Below are positions 12,221 through 25,979 of a stretch of DNA of 64,000 nt, piece after piece. The notes beneath the pieces were generated by a model. It worked only from the letters and a program-made list of their open reading frames with translations. It was not told where the DNA came from and did no database searches. The DNA is from Tubiluchus corallicola (Eukaryota; Animalia; Priapulida): the NCBI GenBank assembly GCA_030141605.1, contig JAQGDQ010000656.1:54041-118040 (forward strand), written 5' to 3'. The position numbers and the translations under genes were made by a program. Positions within the stretch are counted from its first letter, which is position 1. Each line of letters starts with the position of its first letter.

Positions 12221-12769
12221 TATTCACATCCGAACGTTGCTAATACACCTCCTTCATAACGAGACAGATACCGGTCTGGCTACAACAATCTACATAACTT
12301 AGGGTGATTGCCGTTTAATGCTGGAAACCAATTTGCAGTACTAAATTGTATCAAAAGGAAACAGGTAATCCCGCGGTAAAGAAATTGAATAATAATGTTT
12401 CTAATGAAAATAAATTAAAACTCACAAAGAAAAGTGCCAGACACACACGTTGTTTAATACTGAATATTTTACCATTTCCTCCCTCGAGCGAACAGCAAAA
12501 ATAGAATGTTATGCATAATGCAGTCGAAGCATTACACAGCTAATACCTTCTCTAACTTCTCCAAAGCTTTTCTTACATTTACAGCCTAAGCTTCTTTAAA
12601 GTGAGAGTTCGTTTTTTGCACTAAAAACGAAATAGCTGGGAGAATGGTAAAAGCACATCCATTTTTCAACACCTACGTCAGCAGTGGCAAAATAAAAATA
12701 TTTACAAGAGTGTGGTAAAGCCACAAAGAGATTAACTGCTTACATGTGTTTATTGTGTACAAGGAATTT

Positions 12770-13610
12770 ATTCAAGTTAAGTTTATATCAGCAGCTTTTA
12801 AATATCTTAATATTTTGTGCAGTAACGAGAGGTCCAGATCAACATCAACATCAACTTCTCTATGAATAATTTGGTAGCATAAAGCTAAATTTTTTTGAAT
12901 GCGTCTCTCTTCTAACTCTAATAATAGAGTCATCTGTCTCTTCTAATTAGATGTAGAATCTCCAGTTCCTTAGGATATGGCGTGTACATTAAATTGCATC
13001 TATAAAACAGGCGTCGAGTAAAGTATCGCTGTACACATTCTATACAGTCAACATTACCCAATAAAGCTGGATTCCAGACTGGCGAGCAATACTCTACAAT
13101 AGGTCTTATGTAAACTATAAACGATTTTAACTATATGTCTTTATCATCAGTAGAAAACATTCTAAAAACATATTTGCAATTCAATTGGCTTTAGTAGCTA
13201 TCTCAATGCATTGTCCATTGGTTTGTCGATTTTCAGGTCATGAGAAATTATAATACCAAGATCACGTACACTTGTTTCAACGGGTAAATAAGAGCCAAAA
13301 AAGTGATATTCGGGGCCGGGATTGGCACTCCCAATATGTATAACATTGCATTTCGGTGTGGCTATAACTAGTTCCCAGTCAGCCCATAAGTTAATTGCAT
13401 TGAAGATCACTATTTTGACTTGACCAGAAACTTTGGTAGAGTTTTACATCATCTGCAAATAAGTTTACAGCATCAATGACATCAGGTAAATCATTAATGA
13501 AACATAAAAACAAAAGCCGTCCAAGAACACTTCCCTGGGGCACACAAGACGTATTCAAATACATTATTACCAATAGCAACAGGTTGTTTTCTATCGTTCA
13601 AAAAAGCTTT
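12770..13610 (-). mobile_element. Degenerate CR1-clade LINE RT fragment
   Basis: VPQGSVLGRLLFLCFINDLP...LFADDVKLY, SVRDLGIIISHDLK, YIRPIVEYCSPVWNP...IECVQRYFTRR, with frameshifts. Confidence 0.88.
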
Positions 13611-13789
13611 CCATGGGAAAGTGAAACAGATTTCAAACCTTCCGGTAAGTAACCTTCTCACTGGTAAATAAAAAAGCGTTTAGTTTCCCAGTGGCAAAAT
13701 GGAGAAGTTTTATACAGGGTTGTTTGCTGATATACTCGGTTCACGGTATTAAAACACACACGGTTTCACTTCACATGTCTCTGTATTTT

Positions 13790-13985
13790 TGATGTCTAAT
13801 GGTGTGTTGATGACATCTTTCTGAATAATATTAATGTAAGTCAGCAACTGTCCTCCTTGCGGTTTCTTTTCTTTCTTCAGTGCTTCTTTGAAAGTTAATT
13901 TTAATTGTTATCCTATAGTCGTATAACATGTCCTATCCATCTTAATCCTCTCCTTTTGATTTTAACTTGTCTCACATAAAAATGC
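13790..13985 (-). mobile_element. RTE-like LINE 3' fragment
   Basis: KIKRRGLRWIGHVIR motif typical of the RTE ORF2 C-terminus. Confidence 0.55.
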
Positions 13986-14831
13986 AGTTGAATTAGATAG
14001 TAAAATCCTGCACAACAATATAACTTAGCATAATGTGTGACAATATTTGTTGGATATTGTAATGTTGGGGCGCAGTTTCGTTTAGAAACATCACGCACAA
14101 TTCTGCACACTGCAAAATAGAACCCAGCATTCAACGACTGGCCCCATTCGATGTGATGGGTGGTTCATTATTAAAAATAACCCTCTAAGATGAGCCACTG
14201 AACTACCAGAGGTGTCTCGATCACGTTCGGATGTAGTTCGATCACGTTCGGGATCCTCCCTGTACGATGTGAGCAGTCAGAATCAGTACGGCGAATGAAA
14301 CATCCAAAGTGATTACTAATTATAAAGTAAGCATTACCTAAACAGCCTCGCAATGGTTTGGCTTTGCACGTGACATTTCGGCTATTCACTTTTCCCCATA
14401 TTTGGCCAAATACGAAATACGAACGACACACCAAACGAAACCGTTCGCGAATATCACTACGCCCTAACCGCAATAAAAAGCAATTTTTCCAAATATTGAC
14501 GTTCATTAGCATTTAGTTACATGAGATAGAAAATTATCAGTTTTCACTTAATTGAAAGTCAGTGACATGCGGTTTTATTTTACTGAATAAATGGCTTGTT
14601 TGTCTCGCTCTGAATAATCTTGCCGTCACGCTGTGATAAATTTCGCATTTTAATGCAAATATATAATTCAGTTTTATTCATTTTTTATGCACCTACCCTT
14701 TAAAAGCGAACAATTTTGCTGACGCCATTTCACGACGTTATTTTATAATGAGGTTTGAAAACTACACATTTATTTATAACTACGAATATAGATAAAAATT
14801 TTAGTTTTGTTCTGAGAACGAATGAATAATT

Positions 14832-15120
14832 AATAAAGGAGAAGACAAGTCATTTAGCATATGGGATTATCTCATATGAAATCAGCTATGAAGCATAAAG
14901 CTAATTTATATTACTCCTGTGTAAAAATTTTCAAGCGAATTCTTGAGTGATAACAGCCATTCACTTGAAACTTATGACGTAAGACTTCCCGACTTCGGTA
15001 AAGACATCGTGGCTTTCCGTAACCGCACTTTACTTAAACAAATTCAAACTTCTGCAACTTACCTAATGTTCGTGCAAAAATATCACAAGTTAGCTATCTA
15101 ACTTTTTGTTAAACTTATTA
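14832..15120 (+). mobile_element. MITE family C, left part
   Basis: Colinear with 60669-61010 (AAAGGA...AGTCATTTAGCA...CATCGTGG...ACTTCTGCAACTTA...TATCTAACTTTTT). Confidence 0.65.
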
Positions 15121-15175
15121 TAACAGAATAAGTTGCTATAATAGACAGAATTGACAATGCGCTGCTTTTCTTCAA

Positions 15176-15222
<47 letters not shown>

Positions 15223-15644
15223 TTTCCCTCTCTTTTCCTTTCACCCCCTTTCCCTCTATCTCTTTTCTTGTTCTAGTCGTAGCTTATTCAGTTTTGCTCC
15301 GTGATTCATTATTAAACCATCAAAAACACCTGCGTGTAATTAAAACACAGTATTGTGATATTGTGACGTCATCTGCTCCAACAATTTTTCCTAGTGAAAC
15401 AATGCTTGAGTGTTGAAAAATCGGTGATACCTTAAACAGGAAATTTTTTTTCGAAAAACGAATGCCTAGTGGCCACGCTCCAGACGGTCCAGACAATAAA
15501 AAAACTTTGCTGAAATGATGGATGCGCATTTACATTTGTCTTGGAATCCAAATTTCGGAAAATTTAGTACGCTTTTGTTTACCCACAATGAGTAAATGGC
15601 AAAGTTTTGTACGTAAGAAAAACATGATTCACAAATAATCAAAG

Positions 15645-15688
15645 TTATTGTTGCTGCTGCTGTTGCTATTGTTGTTGCTGTTATTATT

Positions 15689-15754
<66 letters not shown>

Positions 15755-15810
15755 GGTGGTGGTGGTGGTGGTGGTGGTGGTGGTGGTGGTGATGGTGGAG
15801 GTGGTGGAAT
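15645..15810. repeat. (GTT)n(GGT)n microsatellite; a (CT)n tract lies at 15180-15216
   Basis: Directly visible. Confidence 0.95.
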
Positions 15811-16593
15811 GTTTATAGTCGTTGCTGCTACTGATGACATTGTTGTTGTTAGTGTTGCGACTGTTGCTGATGAGAATATTATTTTTGTTGCTGATGCAGC
15901 TATACGGACAGACTTCTGGTGAGTTGAATCTGTTCTGTTTGTACAGACGTCTGTTCAGAAGTTACTGCTAGACTAGTTTTCAAGTTCATCTGTGGGAAAA
16001 ACAACTTTTCCAGTGTCAGAATAACGTTCTCGCATCAAAAATCTTAGTCACTTTCTACCAAGTGTGACTTTGGTTTTCTAGGAGCTGTCACTCTTACTAA
16101 ACGATGGAATGATAAATCACCAGTTATATGCAGAGAAGTTTTAGTTAGGTAATCTCTGAATAGCAGTTGTTTGCAAGTACATGAATGCAAGTGACACGAA
16201 TGCACTTGTTCGCTTTGACACCACGCGTTATATTAAATTATAGTTTTGACACAAATTATTTACATATTAATCTACATGTGACTAATGAGCAATCCCAATT
16301 ATGATATCATTACTCGGAGGTTTATCCAAATGTAAATTAGATTTCTTTTCTTCATATTTCAACTTTTTCACCGACTTTATAAAATTTGCCCAATTTCGTT
16401 TAGTAGCTCCAGCAGTTGCTATTCCTTGAAGCAATTTTAATTATTTTTTATCTCAAGAATATAATTATTAATGATGTAAAATAATTGGGGAAAGGGGGCA
16501 GATTTTATTTTTTACTTACAAGATCATTTCGCTTGTACCTGTCCAGATTTAATCTTGTGTTACTAACATATCTCGCTATTACATTTATGTAAG

Positions 16594-17020
16594 TTAAAGG
16601 AATACGGAACTCAATCACATAACTGAAAACAATCTACTCCATAATACATTGAAAGGGAATAAACTGTTTTTTCAAGAACAACTTACGTTAAAGAATTATT
16701 ACCTCACAAACACAATTTCGCTCTCGCGCGGCTAGTTCTTCGTGGTTATATGCATTTCGCCATTCGCTAGCTAAATGAGTATTAGCGGAAACGCGTTTCA
16801 CAAAAAAAACCAGGTGTTGTGTCTCTCAGTTCAGAAGCGTTCTGTTGCGACATAGTACACGCTTTCGAGTGCTGAGCTTAAAGTTTTAATTTTAAATTTA
16901 AAATTTGCCAAACTTTCGTATATCACACTGTACAATAACACTGTACTACAACTTTGACTTTCGCAAACACTTGAAACAGTACGCTCAATGAATGTCTGTG
17001 CTGTTGAAAATTGTGTTCTA
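16594..17020 (-). mobile_element. Diverged copy of MITE family A
   Basis: Starts TTAAAGGAATACGG; colinear with 61213-61670. Confidence 0.7.
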
Positions 17021-17235
17021 TTATCTATTATTAATCTATTATTAATAATCTTTTAATCTATTATTTATCGGGGACTCTTTGGCATTATTATTGGGGCTGA
17101 AACTATACATTTATCCACTAATGGAGACGATGTTTTCACTTCTGTTATTAGCAACATTATTTTGTTGTTGAACATGTGTATGAACTGAATTTGAGGTGCA
17201 GCTAAGGCTAGTTTTCAATTCTCTGGCTCCTTACC

Positions 17236-17644
17236 CAGGGCCGTAGTCGGCTTTTGAAAAGTGGTCCGGCCACAGATACGGAACAGGTAGAAAAAGAATA
17301 CAGCAGCAACATATAGAAGAGTATGCTATAATTTATAATACAGAGTTATAATATAATAGAGCACTACACATACTCAATGATGACATGATTGATTAAAACT
17401 TCCCAAACACACATCTGCGCCGCTCATTTCTAGCAGTAAACTCGTTCGCAATTTCCTTCAGGTCGAGAGCGTCTGTTCTATCCATATGTACATGCAAAGT
17501 CATGAGATTGTTCAGTCTAGTTTGAGTCATCGTACTCCCCAAATAAGTTTTTACTCTACGCAGGGCTGAGAATGTCTAGGCACGTATGGCAGAAAAAGTG
17601 GTCCGGCCATGGCCGGACCGGCCGGACCGCCGACTACGGCCTTG
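17236..17644 (-). mobile_element. 409-bp non-autonomous hAT element retaining the transposase C-terminus
   Basis: TIR CAGGGCCGTAGTCGGC / GCCGACTACGGCCTTG; TTACC on both flanks. Minus-strand peptide KTYLGSTMTQTRLNNLMTLHVH...DLKEIANEF...RRRCVFGKF* matches the hAT dimerisation tail. Confidence 0.88.
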
Positions 17645-17982
17645 TTACCAGTATCTAGTTGATTTCGAAGACATTTCTTCCATGCTGCGTTTCCTTTTCG
17701 TATTATTCGATACTCCTCTGCTTTGCCATTGTAACAGTTGATTATGATATTTTTCTTCATCAGCTATCTATGTGATATTTCACTTGATATGCCTGCATGC
17801 AGCTGATCAGTACGTATCCAGACAATGCTTCCCTTGTCGTGGTTTTGTCTAATGTTTTACGTAATTTGTGTTTTACATAAACTTAAGGAAGGCCGGACGA
17901 TTGTTTAGACTCAATCTCATTTTAATTAACTGTCCAAAATATACATTTTCTTGCCTATAAAAGTTAACAATTGTTTCTTATA

Positions 17983-18235
17983 TTTGAATAATTAGATTCG
18001 AAAGTTAATTAATGGCAACCGGACACAGCTATTGCTTACGTCAGAAACTAATCACAGTTTGTGCAATGACAGGCATCTTCCCTCGCGCTCAAACTATATT
18101 GATATATGAAATGAAGACCATACATAATCTGCTTGTCGTCCTGCCTGCCATTGCACAAACTGTGGTTAGTTTCTGATGTCAGTAATAGCTGTGTCCGGTT
18201 GCAGTTAATTAACTTTCTAAGCTAATTATTCAAAT
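17983..18235. repeat. Inverted repeat, ~93-bp arms around a ~66-bp loop
   Basis: TTTGAATAATTAG...TGTGCAATGACAGGCA pairs with TGCCTGCCATTGCACA...CTAATTATTCAAA. Confidence 0.85.
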
Positions 18236-18784
18236 TATGTTTGTAGGATTTACATGATATTCTCTGCTAGAACATTATATTCAATGTTGCGAGGACTCAA
18301 CGCCATATTCTCATACTAGTATGACATATTGCATATCTGGAAAACAAACCGTTTGAAACACTGACAGAAGACGTGCAAAAAACTGTGTAAAGATTTAATG
18401 ATTAATGTATTGGATAATTTATGGTGAATAAGTAATAAATGGTTTCGGTAGTGATGTAAACATTGCATTTGTAAACATTGCACAGTATTAACACTTTGCT
18501 AACTCTGCTGTCAGAGCTACTATTACGGATTATATTTAATATTTGTTTGCAAACTTTTGTGCACAAATGCAAAACAGCAAAGTATGCAACTAATCCCTAA
18601 TACCCAAAAAATAGCCAAATAGCCACTGGAACATAGTTCAAATCATGTTAATCGTAAACTAGACGACCATGGTTTTCTGGTGATCACAACGCTCACTTTG
18701 CAAACTTTGTTTTCGTAGTTTTACGTATGCTATTGTAACGTGTACTTTTGGTACGTAATTTACTAGATGTAATTTTCAAGTGTT

Positions 18785-21182
18785 GTAGTTTTTTCTTGTT
18801 TGTGTATGTATCATAATTTATACGTACCTACAAGAACAGTTTAATGTCGAAATTTAAATGATAATGTCGATTCGTTTACTTTGATAATAATATTATAGTA
18901 CAGAATGCTAAATGAAATTACGTGAACGTATGAAATGAAGTATGCAAGAAAAATACAGATCATCAGCATATCAAAGGCATTAATTAAAGGTGCTTGCTTG
19001 CAGACTAAAATGCAAAACGAAGTATGTAAATATTCAAAATTGTACCTACAAAGTATTACGTTAATGAATAATTACGTTAATTAATGAAGTTAACCTTTTG
19101 TAAAATATAATGCTAAACGAGGCATGCAAATATTCAAAATGTCGAAAAACTAAAACATCAAAAAATTATAGGTTACACAAATAGTTTCGAAGAGTGTGTT
19201 AAAAAAGTATGCATGTGTTACACGTACAGACAAATATAGATTAATAGAATTGTTCAAAATGTCGAAAAAGTAAAAAACGAAGCATGCAATTGTTCAAAAT
19301 GTCGAAAAAGTAAAAAACGAAGCATGCAATTGTTCAAAATGTCGAAAAAGTAAAATCTCAAAATGTACTAATGAAATAGGAAGTATGAAAAAATGTCAAA
19401 TCAATATGAAAAAATGTCAAATCAACAATGAAGCAAAACGTCAAAACAAAGTATCAGTTTGAAAGGACATAAATTAGTATTAGCAAACTGTAATAAAGCA
19501 CTCAGCAGCGGACAGACGGACATTTCATGTAGACGGACAGAACTGGACATAAGTCATCCTGTTATCGTATATATTAATTTTTGGTGATATTTGCGGCGAT
19601 CTATATATCAGACGAAAAGTCTCGAGCTAGTGTGGTCGCATTTAGGGTTTTATTTTTCGAATTGAGTCCACCGGAACGAACAGGGCGCAAAAAACCTCCA
19701 AAATGGCCCTTTTGACCGTTTTTCGCAAACATTTGCAAAATCTATTCCTCTTATTTCTGGATAACTGGAACGTGCCGGGGGCGGTGCCAGTTATAGTACG
19801 ATGGCCCGTTCCACGGTGGGTGTAAAAACAGCCTGTAGAAAAAACGTTCTGGCGGCGCCTGGTGGGTCTCTCGGAAGGAGATACATGTCTCTTTAGAAAG
19901 AGGAGGTACTAGACTACATGATGATGTGGATTACATTTTGGGACGCCTCCACCAAAAGGAGCTGGGAGGAATTGATTGGGGGTTCGATTTTGGACAATTC
20001 TCGCTTGGAAAACTGCTGACGTTTTGCATTGCTCTGGCCTCATTCCATTTTACTCTGTCTATCACTTTATAACTTTAATTCAGTAAAAGCCGCTGCTGGC
20101 TTGTAGGATGTTCGCGTATTTTTGATTATAAGTATATTTAAACGCAATTTTTGCAGGTATTCATTCGCAGGGCAATTTAACTATTCTGTTAGCACTGTTA
20201 TCCTAGTTTAAAACAATGAAACCTCCTTTGCTGTCCGCTGATTGGAATTCTCGAAATTTACTTTTCCATATCGATAAGCACTGGTATGTAATGTACAAGT
20301 TAAAATTGTTTTCCTAGTTTAAAACATAATGACAACTTGCAGTGTTAGCAATATTTACTTCGTATACGTATACGTCATATGACGTATACGTCATAATAAT
20401 TAATAATGAAAATTTTTTTACTGCCGCATTTATAAGTGCACATTGTTGTTAATTGGGCTGATACCCATTAGTCCTATGAAAAAATGTCTTCAAAGGATAA
20501 GTGACAGTAAGCGCTCTTCATCGAATTTTTTATACAAAAACTGTATAACTCTAGGCATTTTTATTTCTCACATTGGCACACTAACGTGTAGAGATTGCGA
20601 AGGCAATAATCACGCCAGGAACTCCTCCGAATATTGCTGCGAATCTATCTGCGTCTGTACGGAGTCGACAACGTTTGTAAATAACAATCGTCAAATCTGA
20701 TAACTGCGAATGCTTATCTATCTTAATATTTGCTGTATTGTAGTTTTTTATTTATATTCGTATAATAATTTATACAAAATATTTAATGTTGAATTTAAAT
20801 AGTAATGCCGACTCGTTTATTTACAAAATAAGTATTGTATATAATACATATATGATACATATTTACAACATGTATTTACTATTAAAAGGAGTGCATATTC
20901 TAATGAAATATCTACAGAGAACAATGAACAATACAGTCCAAAATGGTAAATGAAACTTGAGTAAAGTATGTAATGAAGTATGTAAGAAAAATATAACTGA
21001 AGTACTTCATAGCATATCAATAATTTTGTATTTTTGTATATACTGTATAATGAAAAACGAAAGATGCAATTGTTCAAAATGTTGAAAAATTGAAATCTCA
21101 AAAAAAACTGAAATCTCAGTTTAAATCTACGTTATTTAATTACCAAAACGTCAAAACAAAATATCAGTTTGCGAGGACAGAA
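18785..21182. repeat. Diverged direct duplication (~18785-19470 and ~20735-21182), with an internal 40-bp tandem at 19247-19360
   Basis: Shared ordered blocks, e.g. GCAATTGTTCAAAATGT and CAAAACGTCAAAACAAA.TATCAGTTTG. Confidence 0.7.
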
Positions 21183-24100
21183 ACTATTTTTCTCGTTACT
21201 ACCTCTTTACTTAATTCGGTTGCATATATGATCATGTTACGTTAATTGTAGTTAATTGATTTGACGTTAATTGTAGGTAATTTATTATGTTATTATTTAC
21301 TTCTAATCCTATCCTCAGGTGTCCTGCACAGACTCATTGTTCTGTATTAATGTGTTATACTCAATTTGAATTTACTAAAAATTTATGGCTGAAACTAGAA
21401 AAATTGCACGTAGTATTATATTAAAAAACGACACCAAACGTAATACGATCATACGTAAAGTACGGGTGGTAAACTCAAACTATGTATCATATCATACATA
21501 TAGTATGATCATAGAGCAAAAATTAATCAACTGTTCAAATTTTTTTTAATTCATGTGATTAAGCAAAGTGAAATCTCAGAGTAAAATTTTATGTGAACAA
21601 CTTCGTCACTGCAGAGAATGTTCAGTTAAACAAGTTTAGTTTATTATAAGATGAAAATAAAATATGAACATTCTGAAGCTTATTGTTGTCATACAATATC
21701 CTTCACGTCACACTGAAACTGGAACAATATGTAATAAATACGTAGTACTGTGGAACAATGCGTAATAAACACATAATATGCTGTAATGTTGTAGTATAAG
21801 TCCAGGTAATGCTAGAAATGCATAAAGAGAAAATGGAGAAATTCCTGCAAGACAATTAAATAATAACGATTATCAACGTCAGGTAGGCCTATACGCGTAG
21901 AAAAAGGTCTAGTGAAAGGGCCTACAATGGATATAATACAAATAAAAAATACTGCACAGAAAAGCCTCAAGCACTATTCACTTATACACGAAGGTAAATG
22001 TGTTGTGGGCAATCAAAAAGCAGGGCTTGTTAGATTGTCCCACACAGTGATACAGAAAAAAAGTAAATGGAAATAATCTGAAAATTTAAAGTGAATCGTG
22101 ATAAAAAAACGTTAGTGCTTAAAATGGAATGATGTAATGAATGAAACCCATATATGGAATGATATAAAAGATAGAAAGACTATTATTTTTTAATAGTATG
22201 TAAAATTAAACTAACTTGATTAAGCTAAAGATCAATAGGATAGGATAGGGCGACTCAAAAGTGCTACATTTTACATTAAGTCAGGTGGTGCTGGTTCATT
22301 ATCGGAGTTCAATGAATAATCATTTCGAATTTTCTAGATACCAGTCCTGCCCACGGGACTTAGGCCAGTACCGGCTTAATTTCAAATGTTAGTTTTCTGC
22401 ACAGGCGTCAAATTATGGTCTAGACTCACAAGCAACATGGAGTTACTCTGCTACTTGAGGAGGCTGATCACAGGTCGTGAAAAGAGGAGACTAATGACGA
22501 CAGATTGGCCAAACAAAGAGACAAGATAGATTAACCCTCCTAGTGGTGCAAGAGCACCGGACAATGAGCTCTGTACTGGAACCACCCGCCAGCAGAATGA
22601 AGGTTGAAGTATCAGCGTCCAAGTGTAGGGTCCAAGTGTACTCAGTGATGGAGAAACATTTGAACAGAGCTTCATTAGAGAAAATATAATTAAAGTATAG
22701 CCCAGACACAGAAAGTGTGTTTTAAAAGATTGTGCGTTGCTGTCAACGAGAAAAACCAAACTTCACTTTACATAACCATTCCGGGGTCTCGGATACATTG
22801 AATGAAATAACTATAACTTAAATTTAATCATGGCAAGTTTTAATGTAGTGCATAACTCATGACTGGCATACAGGACACATCATTGTAAAAGTAATTTTAG
22901 TATTTCTGCAAAATTTGGTAGCAACAGATGTCGCACATTTCATTTATGATTAATTCAACGTACTGCAATAATAATTCAATATGTGCAGCTACCTACATTT
23001 AAAATTATTTATTATTGAATTGAGGCAAGTTTAATCCAGGTTGTGGCCTTGGTCAGTGCTGCTCAGTCACCTGCACCTGCTGGGCTTCCTATATGTGGTA
23101 GTGTTGATTGCTAGTGTGTTTTACTAGCCAATCAGGCAAGCTCAGTGGATGCACGTGACTTGGGTTGCTCTGCCAAGGCTAGCTGAGGCTTTTTTCCTTC
23201 TTGAGCGTTGCTGTCGAATGTTCTCTTCTGTAATATGTAATAAATATGATATATGTAAATAGAAATAAAAGTTTTCTACAACAGATAATTGAATAAACTA
23301 TCTTTTATGCCCATTTCAATATGTTTCGAAATGTTCGTATACCAATATATAACAACTATAACAACTGAATTGACTCACTGCTCTCAGCCAGGAAGCGGAT
23401 TATGTACGCATGTAGAAGTAATACCTACATATACATATACACGCCATCGAAGCAAGACGTATTGTATATGCATTTGGATCGCCTCTGCTGGTTCAGTGGC
23501 TCGACTTGGCGGATCATATTTGCCAGTATAGCTGCACTCAAACATCAACATGGAGAAAAACCTACCCCTGGAAGCTAGGCTATGGCTTGCAAACATACGC
23601 AAAAAAACATTTTACAAAGTTTGCTTCCAACAGTTGTGCACGATTCTTATTACAAAAATTCAAATTTACTTCGAACTTTCACTCCATTCCACTTCGTCAA
23701 ATGTATCTCCACACTCTTGACTATTAGTCTCTCACAAACTGCTAGCTAGACCATAACTGCCAAAGAAAACAGGGGGGTAAACGTAACTTAATAGAAAAAT
23801 TAATATATCAGACATCAGCATATATTTAAGTGTGAAACTCAATGACGTCCCTCATTTTAAGCATGTAATACATAGATTCACAACGAATGATTCAAATCCT
23901 TCAACTGGCTTAAAGTATACCATGCAATAGCAAGTTTCACAAGCTGCTGCTGCCACCTCTCGGAAACGAAAACGAAAATTGCTTCATGTAAGAACTTCCA
24001 GTTTTTTATCATTTTGTAAGCCAGAAATGTGCTACAAGATTACAGATGAGATTAAACCAACTGATAAATCCACGACGATTAAACCAACTGATACAATCCA

Positions 24101-25362
24101 CGACGATTATTGCATACTAACCTTGCGTGCACAAATATTCCAAATACAATAATCAAATGCACTGAAATGCAGACAGTAACTTTTATTTAAAATTCTGTAA
24201 ACTAAAATCTCACTCAGATAACGTTGTTTTAAACAAAATGCCCAGATACCCGAATTGTATCAATTAGCCCAATTTGTGTCGCTCATGTCCTCGAGCATGA
24301 CTTGCTCACAGATCAGTCAATTATGAAACTATTCCAACGCTCTAAAAATAACTGCTCTAATACTTTGCTGACCCTAATAAAACCCAACATAATGGCCACA
24401 TACAATGTTATACAACGAATCGGTAAACTAAACCCATAATTTTCTTACAGACAAAAGACTCGGGATTTTTGAGTTAATTCACCGTGTCACCAGAAATCGA
24501 AACTTTAATGCAATACTTTATATTGTTAAACAGAACTCGTTCATTAATCATCACCGAATCAACAAATAAACTTCTTGTACATTACACCAATAAAATTACA
24601 ACCCAGTGTTAATTTAGGTACATTTTCGAAACAACATTACTACCCTACTTCAGAAAGTTCAATGAAACTCCTTTGTACTTTTATTATGACACACCACATT
24701 TTTTAAACGATGCATTTGTGAAATATCAGGAATCTCAGACTAATTTAATAACGAGTCTTTAAATTTTGGGCCTAGCTTTATTATACGACTCTGGTGACGT
24801 CATTGGGGAGGGGGGGCAGCCAGTGTTTTGTTTTTCCTCCTACAGTCTTTTCAGTAAGAAATTACCAATGCTTAGGCAATTGCTCAAATTTTGATAAACT
24901 TCACTGTATGGTTATTTAACAAAACTACAAAGAAATATTGTAATCACAATACAAAATATACGCATAGAATGCTTTGCTTAAATACTGTAAAAGAAATTTA
25001 AATATGTCTTATCTCCCCGTCAGACGAACATTGATGCGGGCATATTTCAAGAAATGACGTAAAGTGGTGTACGCTGGGCAGTGTGAATGCCGTGAAGGCA
25101 CGCATGGCAAAATCTCTACAGCTTGCTTAGAAATTCCATTATCTGTGTTTATCTAGAGGATTACACCTTAAAATGTGCAAGTAATTTTAAATTAATAAAA
25201 GTTAAAACATTTATATTAATTGTGTAAATAATTAATTTACAATCTTTTTTACTTTTAGGTGCTTGCAACTTTGTAAACTTGCCAGCAAAAAAGATTCTGA
25301 AGCACCTGGCTGGATAAGTGTTTATGTTGCACGGAAACCGGATGACGCCATTTTTCCAACAT

Positions 25363-25979
25363 GAGCGCACCCAAGCGTAAACTAATCACGACTTTAAATT
25401 GAGTTTACTAATTACATAAGGTGTTTATCACAATTTCACTGCTGAAACTTTCTAACATTTTTCCCAAATATTAGAATAAGCTCAACTTCCCGAGAGACTT
25501 GGCTTTTACTGCAAGATCGCTCGCTATTTTAATAAAGCAAAAATGTTGCTTTTATTAGTGTTTCCTGTAAACACCGTAGGTTAATATAGGTGCAATTGTA
25601 CAAACCTGTTAGTACCAATGTAATGTACACAATACATAATTAGTGTAAAGCAATCATGTTAACACAAAGGGTTAATTCAAGAGTTATTAGAAAGACATGA
25701 TGTATTTACAGGAAACATGTAAATAAAAGCAATAATCAAATTATAGTTTTCAAGATGTGGAAATATTTGGACAAGCAGTTACTACGATGACACAAAAACC
25801 ATATTTATAAGCTTCAATAAACCGCCATTTTGAAGGACAGGTCAAGCCTTCTGGAAAGTTAGGCTTATTCGAATGTTCGCGAAAAATGTTAGAAAGATTT
25901 AGTAATAAAACTACAATAAGCGTCTCGTGTAATTAGTAAAATCACTTTAAAACCGCGATCACTTCATGCTTTGGCGCTC
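25363..25979. mobile_element. Old foldback/palindromic MITE
   Basis: ~140-bp imperfect arms (25363-25503 / 25841-25979) and an inner IR TTCCTGTAAACA / TATTTACAGGAA; a related fragment lies at 61060-61205. Confidence 0.65.

Noticed and set aside
14140-14760. CpG-richer segment that might be an enhancer or exon
   Set aside because: No consistent splice/ORF structure, and no conservation data are available.
23039-23283. Possible solo LTR (GGTTGTGG...AATAAA...CTACAACA)
   Set aside because: The 5' end is not TG and no TSD is visible.
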